Source: an uncultured Planctomycetota bacterium (lineage in GTDB: Bacteria > Planctomycetota > Planctomycetia > Isosphaerales > Isosphaeraceae). Taken from it: 64,000 bases of DNA. Below are positions 20,059 to 28,939 of this stretch, piece by piece; position 1 is the stretch's first letter, and each line of letters starts with the position of its first letter. The position numbers and the translations under genes were made by a program. Under the pieces are notes generated by a model. It saw nothing but the letters and a program-made list of their open reading frames with translations. It had not been told where the DNA came from and made no database searches. The DNA is taken from contig CAVTTN010000002.1 in assembly GCA_963737655.1 (NCBI GenBank), positions 64,001 to 128,000 on the forward strand, read 5' to 3'.

Positions 20059-20390
20059 GCCGCGTCTCCGTTGCGAAGGGCCGAGGACGGGGTCCGCGAA
20101 GCCGACGACATCGACGGCGCCACCGCGGCTTCCAGGCTGCCGCACAGCTCGCCCATCAGGCGCATGTTCTCGCACTCGACCGAGAGGTTCGAGGCGTGCA
20201 TCTCGATCAGTTGGCGGAGGAAGATCCGCGTGCCCGGGTCATTCTCGCTCTGGAACCGATCGACGTCGGCCACGGCCGCGCGGACGAGGTAGTCCATGAA
20301 CTGGAGCTTCCCCCGGATCGAGGTGCAGAGCTTGTCGAGCTGCTGACGATCCGAGCTGGCCTGAGTCACCGGGGCAGTCAGTTGCGACAT
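20055..20390 (-). CDS. Hypothetical alpha-helical protein (paralog A of a tandem pair)
   Basis: 111 aa, MSQLTAPV...; GGAG RBS upstream; strong codon bias. Hidden at the C-terminal end of a shadow ORF in the track. Confidence 0.75.
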   Translation of the reverse strand: MSQLTAPVTQASSDRQQLDKLCTSIRGKLQFMDYLVRAAVADVDRFQSENDPGTRIFLRQLIEMHASNLSVECENMRLMGELCGSLEAAVAPSMSSASRTPSSALRNGDAA

Positions 20391-20768
20391 CCCTATCTCC
20401 CCGACCCATCCGGGCCGGTCGCGAATGGTCTCCCCTCGCGGGCTCCAACCCGCGAGGCGCTCGGCGTTCCCGCCATCCCGGCGCGAGGCCGGGCGAAGAG
20501 GGGGCGGTGCGCGTCGCGTCCTGAGTGCTTCGCAAGTTAACCAACGTCCGGCGATTCCGCAAGCGCCCAGCCGGACGGGCCGAGGTCTTGCGACCGAAGC
20601 GTCACGTTTCCATACTGTTCGGGCGGGGCGATTTCTCGCTTTTTTTGCGCGGAGGCCCCGGGGCGCGGGTAGGATGCTCGCCGGCCTGCCGCCGGTCCGC
20701 GACCCGGGCCCTCGCCCCGCTCCGCTTGCCTCGCCGTTCGAACCAGCCCGCCAGAGGAGAACCGTTCC

Positions 20769-21671
20769 ATGGCTCTGACCCGCCGCCAGATGCTCCTCGC
20801 CTCCGGGGCCGCCCTGCTCGGCCCGGCCGCCGCCGCCCGGGCCCTGTCGCCTCGATCCAGGGCCCCGGGCAAGAAGGTCCTGTTCTTCACCAAGAGCTCC
20901 GGGTTCCAGCACTCGGTCATCACCCGGAAGGACGGCAAGCCCGCCCTGGCCGAGACCATCCTGACCAACCTCGGCAAGGAGCACGGCTTCGACGTGGTCT
21001 GCTCCAAGGACGGCACCCTGTTCGACCCCGACAAGATCGGCCAGTGGGATGCCTTCGCCTTCGAGACCACCGGCGACCTCACCAAGGACAACCCCCACAA
21101 CGACGGCCCCTTGATGTCCAAGGACGGCAAGAAAGCCTTCCTCGACGCCATCCGCGCCGGCAAGGGCTTCCTCGGGATGCATTGCGCCACGGACACCTTC
21201 CACAGCCCCAGCGACAAGGACCTCGACCCGTACATCGAGATGATCGGCGGCGAGTTCATCACCCACGGCTCCCAGCAGAAGGTCAAGCTGGACATCACCG
21301 CCCCGAACTTCCCGGGCGTCTCGGGCTTCGGCACGACCTCGTTCGACCTCCTGGACGAGTGGTACGCGCTGAAGAACCAGCCGGACGACCTCCACGTGAT
21401 CCTCGCCCACGACACCTCGACGTTCCCGGATAAGAAGGGCGGCAACAAGTGCTACGACCGCCCCAATTTCCCCGAGACCTGGGCGCGGATGCACGGCCAG
21501 GGCCGCGTCTTCTACACCTCGATGGGCCACCGTGAAGACGTCTGGGAGAACCCGAAGTACCAGGGCCTCCTCCTCGGCGCCCTGATGTGGGCCACCGGAC
21601 AGGCCGAGACCGACATCAAGCCGAACACGTCGGTCGTCACGCCCAACTTCAAGAAGCTGAGCAACGCCTGA
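20769..21671 (+). CDS. Tat-exported ThuA-like (class I glutamine amidotransferase-like) domain protein
   Basis: Tat signal LTRRQML. Motifs KKVLFFTKSSGFQHS, GFLGMHCATDT, DEWY and GRVFYTSMGH. Confidence 0.9.
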   Translation: MALTRRQMLLASGAALLGPAAAARALSPRSRAPGKKVLFFTKSSGFQHSVITRKDGKPALAETILTNLGKEHGFDVVCSKDGTLFDPDKIGQWDAFAFETTGDLTKDNPHNDGPLMSKDGKKAFLDAIRAGKGFLGMHCATDTFHSPSDKDLDPYIEMIGGEFITHGSQQKVKLDITAPNFPGVSGFGTTSFDLLDEWYALKNQPDDLHVILAHDTSTFPDKKGGNKCYDRPNFPETWARMHGQGRVFYTSMGHREDVWENPKYQGLLLGALMWATGQAETDIKPNTSVVTPNFKKLSNA

Positions 21672-21678
21672 TCGGCGA

Positions 21679-21724
21679 GCGTCGGGTGACATGCTTACGA
21701 AGACCTAAGCATGCCGCCCGACGC
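21679..21724. repeat. Palindromic REP-like element family A, copy 2 (opposite orientation)
   Basis: GCGTCGGGTGACATGCTTACG-aaga-CCTAAGCATGCCGCCCGACGC, directly after the ThuA stop. Confidence 0.7.
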
Positions 21725-21815
21725 GGCCTCTTGGTCAATCGAGCCCGGCCGACTATACTCCTCTCCATCACCCACCCGATCGGCCCGAAGGCCGGGGCTT
21801 CGCCCCGATCGTTGC

Positions 21816-22930
21816 ATGCTCGGTTCCCTCGGCGAACTGTACGTGGCCCGGCTCCGCGAGTTCTACCGCCAGCCGGCGCGGATCTTCTGGGTCTATGGGT
21901 TCCCCACCGTCCTGGCCATCGGCCTGGGCCTGGCGTTCCGCAATCCCGGCAAGCCGACGGTCGAGGTGGACGTCACCCTGACCGAGGATTACGGGCCCGT
22001 CGAGAAGCTGTTCCAGCTCCCGGGCGGCAGCTACCAGATGTTCCCCCAGTCGATGGGCTGGCAGAGGAGGAAGTTCGTCCTCCCCGCCGAGGGGGACCGG
22101 CCTCGGATCGAGATTCGTTTCTCCGAGGAGGAGGGCAAGACCCGCCTGGAAAAGGGGGAGACGGCCCTCCTGGTCACGACCGACCTCCCCAACCGGGTGA
22201 AATACCGCTTCGACCCCACCCGCCCCGAGAGCGCCTCGGCGCGGACCGTCTTCGACGACGTCCTCCAGAGGGCCAACGGCCGGACCGACCCGGTCGTCGT
22301 CGAGGAGGACATCATCCGCGAGGCCGGCTCCCGCTACATCGACTTCCTGATCCCCGGCCTGATCGGCCAGAACACGATGGGGGGCGGCTCTGGGGCGTCG
22401 GGTTCCTGATCGTCAATTTCCGGATCGCCAAGCTCCTCAAGCGGTTCATGGCCACGCCGATGCCCCGGCGAGACTTCCTCCTGGCGATCCTGGGGGCGAG
22501 GCTCACGTTCCTGATCCCCGACGTGGGCGTCCTGCTCTCGCTCGGCTATTTCGGGTTCGGCATGCCGATCCGGGGGAGCCTGTGGCTGGTGATCCTGATC
22601 GAGGTCGTCGGCGCCCTGGCCTTCTCGGGGATCGGCCTCCTGATCGCCAGCCGGGCCTCGACCACGGAGACCGTCAGCGGGTTGATGAATCTGGTGATGT
22701 TGCCGATGTGGATCTTCTCCGGCCTGTTCTTCTCCAGCTCACGATTCCCGGCGATCGTCCAGCCCGTGATCCAGGCCCTGCCCCTCACGCAGTTGCTGAA
22801 CGCCTTGAGGGCCGTGATCCTCCGGGGCGACGGCCTGACCGATCCCCCCGTCTATTTCGCCCTGGCGATCCTCTCGGCCTGGGCCGTCGGCACCTTCTAC
22901 CTGGCCCTGCGATTGTTCCGCTGGAGTTGA
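21816..22930 (+). CDS. ABC-2 type exporter permease; apparent frameshift at ~22388
   Basis: REFYRQPARIFWVYGFP and RYIDFLIPGL. Adding one C gives MGGGLWGVGF, continuing KLLKRFMATP...FSGLFFS...LPLT. Confidence 0.88.
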
Positions 22931-23572
22931 CGGCTCCCTGCGGAAGCGGGGATGGCCGAAGACGTCGAAGAAATCCCCCCAGACGCCTCGGCTCCCGGGC
23001 GAGGCGAGCGGAGGGACGTCCACCTCGTCGATCAGATGCTTCAGGAATGTCGCCTTGGCCAGCATCTCGACGTCCAGGAACGAGGACGCCGATTGCGGGA
23101 CGATCGCCTCCAACGCCTCCCGGCGATGGAGGCGGCACGGCGAGTGGACGTCGGCCACCGGGACCGCGAACAGCCCCCTCCAGAGGAGCCCGCCGAACCC
23201 TCGGGCCATCCGGGCGAAGAGTCCGACCCGCCTCCGGCCGATCACGTGATCGCAGGCGTCGATGGCCTTGAGCAACGGGTCGAGATGGTCGGCGGACCAC
23301 GGCGAGACGGCCCCGGTGACGAGCACCAGGGGGGCCGTCGCCCGGTCCAGGCCGCGCTCCAGGGCGCGAGCCAGGCCGTCCCGGGTCTCCACGACCACGC
23401 AATCGGCCTCGCGGCCCCGCTCTCGGAGCAAAACGGCGAGCCCTCGGGCCACGGAATCGGCGGCCGGGGCGTCGGCCGTCTCGATCGCGATCACGAGGAC
23501 CCCGGCCCCGGCCCGAGGCTCTCGCCGGAACTCCGGGTCGATCGGCTCCTCGGCCGTCTCGGCGGCCGTCAC
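22739..23572 (-). CDS. Degenerate GT2 (DPM-synthase-like) glycosyltransferase-fold protein
   Basis: GT2-like segments GLARALERGL, DHVIGRR and DVHSPCRLHRRE, but no DxD. GTG start coupled to the upstream TGA. The 3' end overlaps the permease in antisense. Confidence 0.6.
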   Translation of the reverse strand: MTAAETAEEPIDPEFRREPRAGAGVLVIAIETADAPAADSVARGLAVLLRERGREADCVVVETRDGLARALERGLDRATAPLVLVTGAVSPWSADHLDPLLKAIDACDHVIGRRRVGLFARMARGFGGLLWRGLFAVPVADVHSPCRLHRREALEAIVPQSASSFLDVEMLAKATFLKHLIDEVDVPPLASPGSRGVWGDFFDVFGHPRFRREPSTPAEQSQGQVEGADGPGREDRQGEIDGGIGQAVAPEDHGPQGVQQLREGQGLDHGLDDRRES

Positions 23573-24441
23573 GACCGGCCGTCCCCGCCGAGCCATCGGC
23601 CGAGGGCGTCGCGGAACGCCCGTTGAAGGCGGCGGGTCACCGGGCCGGGTCGGCCGTCGCCGACGGGTCGGCCGTCGATCGTGGAGACGGGCATGACCTC
23701 GATGGTCGTGCCGGTCAGGATCACCTCATCGACCGAGGCGAGGTCGTCGGCCCGGAGCCGGGTCTCCACGATCGGCAGGCCCTCGTCGGCGGCGATCGAC
23801 GGAATCCCCCGGCGGGTCGTCCCCGGGAGGATTCCCGGGCCTTCGGGAGAGCCTTCCAGCCGGCCCTGGCGGACCCAGAGGAGCGACGAATGCGTCGCCT
23901 CGGTCACGAAGCCCTGGTCGTCGATCAAGAGGGCCTCATACGCCCCCGCCCGATGCGCCGCCTCGTTCGCCAGGACGTTCGCCAGCAGGTTCGTGCTCTT
24001 GACGTCGCACCGTTTCCAGCGGAGGTCCGGGCGAGTGATCGTCGGCACGCCGGTTTCCCGGAGGTCGGCGGTCGCCGAGTCGTCGTAGGGCCGGACGACG
24101 ATCAGCTCGGTCGGCGGGACCGGGGGATCGGGGAAGGCATGGAGCCGGGGGGCTACGCCCCGGGTGAGCTGGATATAAACGGTGGCTTCCTTCAACCGGC
24201 TCTCGGCGATCGTCCGTGCGATCCGGGCGCGGAGGCGGTCGAAGTCCACCCCGAGGAACTCCATCGCCGAGAGGCTTCGGCTCAAGCGGCCGAAATGGTC
24301 CTCTTCGAGCCAGAGGCGGCCGGAATAGAGCCGGAAGACCTCGTAGACCGAATCCCCGAACAGGAACCCCCGGTCCCAGATCGGCACCACGGCCCGATCG
24401 GCGGGGAGGATCTCCCCGTTTAGGCAAGCCAGGCTGTCCAT
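23569..24441 (-). CDS. Class IV PLP aminotransferase (D-amino acid aminotransferase-like)
   Basis: DRGFLFGDSVYEV, YIQLTRG, RWKRCDVKSTNLL, ILPGTTR and DGRPGPVT. Confidence 0.93.
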   Translation of the reverse strand: MDSLACLNGEILPADRAVVPIWDRGFLFGDSVYEVFRLYSGRLWLEEDHFGRLSRSLSAMEFLGVDFDRLRARIARTIAESRLKEATVYIQLTRGVAPRLHAFPDPPVPPTELIVVRPYDDSATADLRETGVPTITRPDLRWKRCDVKSTNLLANVLANEAAHRAGAYEALLIDDQGFVTEATHSSLLWVRQGRLEGSPEGPGILPGTTRRGIPSIAADEGLPIVETRLRADDLASVDEVILTGTTIEVMPVSTIDGRPVGDGRPGPVTRRLQRAFRDALGRWLGGDGRS

Positions 24442-24620
24442 GGTTCGACGATCGCCCCGGGAGGACTTCGATCGAGGACCAGGATAGCCGCAAGGCGGGG
24501 GCAATCCAAGCCTTGGGCCGGAAATCCCGGCGCCGATCGGCGGATCGGGCAGGAGGGGCGGACGCCCTCGTCCCCCGGCGGCGGGAGGGGTCGGCCCTCC
24601 CGGCCGAGGGCGGATTCGCC

Positions 24621-24649
24621 TTGACTGAATTTGGGAGAGATCCTAGAGT
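24621..24649 (+). promoter_or_regulatory. Putative sigma70-type promoter of the FlgI-like gene
   Basis: TTGACT, 17-bp spacer, TAGAGT. Confidence 0.45.
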
Positions 24650-24799
24650 CCGGCCCGCCGTCGGGCCGCGCCTTCGCGCCGGTCGCATGGGGCCGTCCCA
24701 CAAGGATGTGGGCGGTCCCGACGGTCCTTTCGGCGTCCTTCGTCTCCTGGGCGGAGGATTTTCGAAACCGTTCGGTCGGTCGGCAAGGAGGCCCCCGCG

Positions 24800-26617
24800 A
24801 TGCGGCAATGGGAGATCGGGCGAATCGCGGCGATCGTCGCGGTCCTGGCGTTGACGGGCGCCGGGCCGGGCAAGACCCCCGCCCCGAAGAAGAAGCCGGA
24901 GCCCCCGCTGAAGGTCCGCGAGACCGTCGGCGACCTCGCCAAGGTCCCGCCCATGGCCGAGGTCCGCGTCGAGGGCGTCGGCCTGGTGATCGGCCTGGAG
25001 CGCACCGGCAGCGACCCCGAGCCCTCGGCCTATCGCCAGGCCCTTCTGGACCGGATGCGCAAGGACGGGCTGCCCAACGCCGAGCGATGGCTCGCCAGCG
25101 AGACCACCTCGCTCGTCCTGATCAAGGGCCGAATCCCCGCCGGGATCACGACTTCCGACGTCCTTGACGTCGAGATCGAGCTGCCCTTCACCTCGAAGAC
25201 GACCAGCCTGGTCGGCGGCAAGCTCATCAAGGCCGACCTCCGCCAGGTCGGCCTCACGGCCGAGGGGCAGAGGCTCCCCGACGGCCAGGTCATGGCCACG
25301 GCCAGCGGGCCCGTCCTGATCGGCTCGGACACCAACCCCGACGACCCGAGGATCGGCCGCATCCTCGGCGGAGGCCGGGTCAAGAAGGACCGCAACTACG
25401 TCCTGATGATCAACGAGAAGAGGAAGAGCGTCCGGACCGCGGCGATCGTCCAGTCGGTCGTCAACTCGCGGTTCAGCCGGCTCCGGGGGATCGACCAGGA
25501 GGGGATGGCCAAGGCGAAGTCCGACCTCTACCTGGATCTGATGGTCCCGGCGAACTACCACCACAATCAGTATCGCTTCTTCCAGGTGGTGGAGAACCTC
25601 TCGGTGGTGGACAACCCGCAGCTCCGGGCGGTCCGCATGGAGCAGTGGGGCCGGGAGCTCCTGGACCCGAAGACCGCCGGCCAGGCGGCGATCCGCCTCG
25701 AAGGGATCGGCCGGAACGCCTCGGACGTGCTCAAGACGGGCCTGAGCCACCCCCACCCGCAGGTCCGGTTCTTCGCGGCCGAGGCGCTCGCGTACGTCGG
25801 CGACGAGGCCGGGGCGACGGTCCTGGCCGACGCCGTGGCCAATCAGCCGTCGTTCCGCGCCTATGCCCTGGCGGCCCTGGCGGCCCTGGACGAGCCGGCC
25901 GCCCGGCTGAAGCTCCGGGGGCTGATGGCCCATCCCAACGTGGAAGTCCGCTACGGGGCCTTCAACGCCCTGAGGACCGCCTATGCCGACGACCCGTACC
26001 TCGGCCGGGTCCGCGTCCTCCACGACGAGCCCGAGCCGGAGCCCGAAGACGGCGACGCGATGGCCCTCCAGATCGCGGCCCCGAGGAAGAAGCCGATGAG
26101 GTCCGACCCGTTCGCCCTCTACGTGGTGGACTGCGAGGGGCCGCCGATGATCCACCTGTCCAAGACCCGTCGCTGCGAGATCGTGGTCTTCGGCCGGGGC
26201 CAGAAGCTGCTGACCCCCCTGGTCCTGGGCACCGGGCCCTACCAGGTCAACGCGATCGAGGGGGACCAGACGATCTGGATCAGCCGGATCGGGTCCGAGG
26301 CGATCGACGGCCCGGACCAGAAGATCGGCGCGGCGCCGGAGGTCGGTTCGGTGATCTGCGAGCTGGCGAACCTCGGGGCGAGCTACCCGGAGATCCTCGC
26401 CCTCCTCCAGTCGGCCGACCGGCAGAAGAACCTGCCGGGCGACGGCGCCCTGGTGATCGACGCCGTGCCGACGGCCCTGCCGGCCTACGACCAGGCCCAG
26501 ATCGCCGGGACCGACGCCACGGCGAAGAAGGACCCGGCCGTCGGCCGGGCCGGGGCGGAGGCTCCGGTCGAGAAGAGGCCGAGGAAGTCCCTGATCGACC
26601 GGGTCCTGAGGAAATGA
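24800..26617 (+). CDS. FlgI (flagellar P-ring)-like domain fused to HEAT repeats
   Basis: Signal peptide. VEGVGLVIGLERTGS resembles the FlgI GxGLVVGLxGTG motif, and TSLVGGKL resembles SLxGG.L. HEAT units VRFFAAEALAY and VRYGAFNAL. Confidence 0.8.
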   Translation: MRQWEIGRIAAIVAVLALTGAGPGKTPAPKKKPEPPLKVRETVGDLAKVPPMAEVRVEGVGLVIGLERTGSDPEPSAYRQALLDRMRKDGLPNAERWLASETTSLVLIKGRIPAGITTSDVLDVEIELPFTSKTTSLVGGKLIKADLRQVGLTAEGQRLPDGQVMATASGPVLIGSDTNPDDPRIGRILGGGRVKKDRNYVLMINEKRKSVRTAAIVQSVVNSRFSRLRGIDQEGMAKAKSDLYLDLMVPANYHHNQYRFFQVVENLSVVDNPQLRAVRMEQWGRELLDPKTAGQAAIRLEGIGRNASDVLKTGLSHPHPQVRFFAAEALAYVGDEAGATVLADAVANQPSFRAYALAALAALDEPAARLKLRGLMAHPNVEVRYGAFNALRTAYADDPYLGRVRVLHDEPEPEPEDGDAMALQIAAPRKKPMRSDPFALYVVDCEGPPMIHLSKTRRCEIVVFGRGQKLLTPLVLGTGPYQVNAIEGDQTIWISRIGSEAIDGPDQKIGAAPEVGSVICELANLGASYPEILALLQSADRQKNLPGDGALVIDAVPTALPAYDQAQIAGTDATAKKDPAVGRAGAEAPVEKRPRKSLIDRVLRK

Positions 26618-26624
26618 CCGCCCA

Positions 26625-26654
26625 GGCCCCCCTCAGCCCGGGCTGAGGGGGGCC
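26625..26654. terminator. Perfect 30-bp palindrome after the FlgI-like gene (possible terminator or repeat)
   Basis: GGCCCCCCTCAGCCC|GGGCTGAGGGGGGCC, 7 bp after the stop; no T-tract. Confidence 0.45.
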
Positions 26655-27191
26655 GTCGGGCCGGTCCGTCGCGTCCCATCTGCTGCGATCCCCCCCATCC
26701 CGCCCCTCCCCCGCCGGGGCTTCCGGCCCCATCCCCCCCTCCCCGCCGTGCGCCCCCATCCCCCCGATGGCGACCCTCGCGCCAGCCCATCCTAAAGTCC
26801 TACGCCGTGAAGATCGAAAATTAGTCTTGACGGTCAGTTCCGCCCCCGGCAAGGACGCCTTCGAGCGACCCTTCCCGGCCCCCGGACCGGCGACGCCCCC
26901 GACGAGGGGACGGGCCGACTCGGGGGGTCCGGCGGACGACGGGGACACGGCCCCTGGACTTCGCCTCCCCGGCGAATCCCCGGGGATGGCCACCGGACTG
27001 GCACAGGGAAGGGCGTCGGCAGGGATCGCCGGACGAGCGCGGAAAGACGATCGGCCCAACCGGCCCCGGGCCCCTCGCCCGAGGCCGTGCCGATCGCCGT
27101 CCGCCTCGCGCCGGGCGCCTCGCCCGACGCACCGGAGGGTTCAGGAAACCTCCGAGGTCTCGCACGGAAACCCGCGAGTGGAGTCCTCGAT

Positions 27192-27768
27192 ATGAAAAAG
27201 GTGTTCACCACCGGCCAGGTCGCGAAGATCTGCAAGGTCGCGCCCCGGACGGTGAGCAAGTGGTTCGACTCGGGCCGCCTCCGCGGCTACCGAATCCCCG
27301 GCTCCCAGGATCGCCGCATCCCCCGAGAGCACCTCCTGCGGTTCCTCAAGGAACACGGGATGCCCCTGGGGGACCTGGAGGCCGAGGTCTATCATAAAGT
27401 CCTGGTCGTCGGCGCCGACGCCCCGCTCCTGGCCGTCCTCCGCGAACACCTCCGCGAGACCGACGACTTCCGGATCGAGACGGCCGCCTCCGGCTTCGAG
27501 GCCGGCATCCGCGCCGAGAGCTTCCACCCCGACTGCATCGTCATCGACCTGGCCGTCGGCCGGATCGAGGCCGGGCAGATCGCCCAGAACCTCCGGCAGC
27601 AGCCAGGACCACCTCTCCACGATCCTGATCGCCCTCACGAGCGACGAGCCGGGCGAGGAGACCTACAGCCTGGGCTTCAACGACGCCTTCAAGAAGCCGT
27701 TCGACGGCGCCCTGCTCGCCGAGAGGGTCCGCCGCCTGATCTCCCAGAAAAAAGCCGACGAGCCCTGA
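27192..27768 (+). CDS. Excisionase/MerR-type HTH plus receiver-like domain regulator; apparent frameshift at ~27600
   Basis: MKKVFTTGQVAKICKVAPRTVSKWFDSGRLRGYRIPGSQDRRIP. Receiver-like HPDCIVID. The C-terminus STILIALT...FKKPFD lies in another frame, ending at TGA 27768. Confidence 0.85.
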
Positions 27769-28092
27769 GCCGTCCCGATCGGCTCGGACCATCCACTCGC
27801 GGCCCCTCGACGGGCCCGGGGCCTCCCCCTCGCCCGAAACGGCCGGGGCGAGGCCCCGGGCCCGTCGGCGCTGAGGGACGCTCGCCGGTTCGACGTCCGC
27901 CGAGGTCGCCGGCCGGGCCCTTTGAGGAAGCCCGACGGCCTGGACGGGCCGAATTCGGCCATTCCGAGGGAGGTGCGGAATTCCCTTGTTCGTGCGGCGG
28001 GACCCGCTAGGCTCTTCAGGATCGCGTCGTCGCGAGAAGAGGGGTTCGGCGCCGCATCCGGCGCGGCGCACCTTCAGCGGGAGGATGTCACC

Positions 28093-28926
28093 ATGCTGCG
28101 TCGAGACCGTGTGTCTGCGGCCGGGCCCGTCCGGGCCCTCGGGCTAGCGGGGCTCCTCGTCCTGTGCGGCGTCGGGGCGACCGCCCGGGCGGACCTTCTT
28201 GATCAGACCGGGTTCGAAGCCCCCACCTTCACCGCCAACCAGACGGTGGACGGCCAGGGCGGCTTCACGGTCCCCCTGGGCAATGCGGCGGCGGTCACCG
28301 TCTCGACCGATTCGCCGAACTCGGGGAGCCAGGACCTGCTCTTCACGGGCACCAACCTGACCGACGTCTACCCGCCCGACGGCTACTTCCAGGCCACGGC
28401 CGCCGTGACCACGAATTACGACGTCGTCGCCAACGGCAATTCCAGGCTCGTCCTGGATGCCTACCTGATGCTCCACGGCGACAGCACGGCGACCGGGATC
28501 GGCCACACCGGAGACCTCGTCAGCATCAACCTCGAAGCCAACCTGGCCGACGGCAGCTACTTCTCGACCTACCTGTCGTCCGACGGGAACGCCTATGGTT
28601 TCTCCAACGACTATGACGCGATGACGTTCGTCGGCCTGACCGGCTATCACCACGTCACCCTGGTCCTCGACTTCAGCACCGACACGGCCTCGTATCTCGT
28701 CGATGGCATGCTCTTCGGCACGAAGTCGTTCGACCCCTCGACCTCGACGACGCTGGCCTCAGCCTCGCTGACGATGTACGACTTCGCGCTGCCGGACGCG
28801 CCGGCCGATTACACCGCCCGAGTGGATGATTTCTCGGTCCGGGCGGTGCCGGAGCCGTCGTCGGTCGTCCTCTGCCTGATCGGCGCCCTCGGAGTCTCGC
28901 GCCGCCTGGCCAGGCGGCGCTCCTGA
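28093..28926 (+). CDS. PEP-CTERM sorting domain protein
   Basis: Signal peptide ending ARAD, Thr/Ser/Asp-rich beta body, C-terminal VPEPSS plus hydrophobic helix and RRLARRRS. Confidence 0.9.
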   Translation: MLRRDRVSAAGPVRALGLAGLLVLCGVGATARADLLDQTGFEAPTFTANQTVDGQGGFTVPLGNAAAVTVSTDSPNSGSQDLLFTGTNLTDVYPPDGYFQATAAVTTNYDVVANGNSRLVLDAYLMLHGDSTATGIGHTGDLVSINLEANLADGSYFSTYLSSDGNAYGFSNDYDAMTFVGLTGYHHVTLVLDFSTDTASYLVDGMLFGTKSFDPSTSTTLASASLTMYDFALPDAPADYTARVDDFSVRAVPEPSSVVLCLIGALGVSRRLARRRS

Positions 28927-28939
28927 GGCCTCGCCGGCC

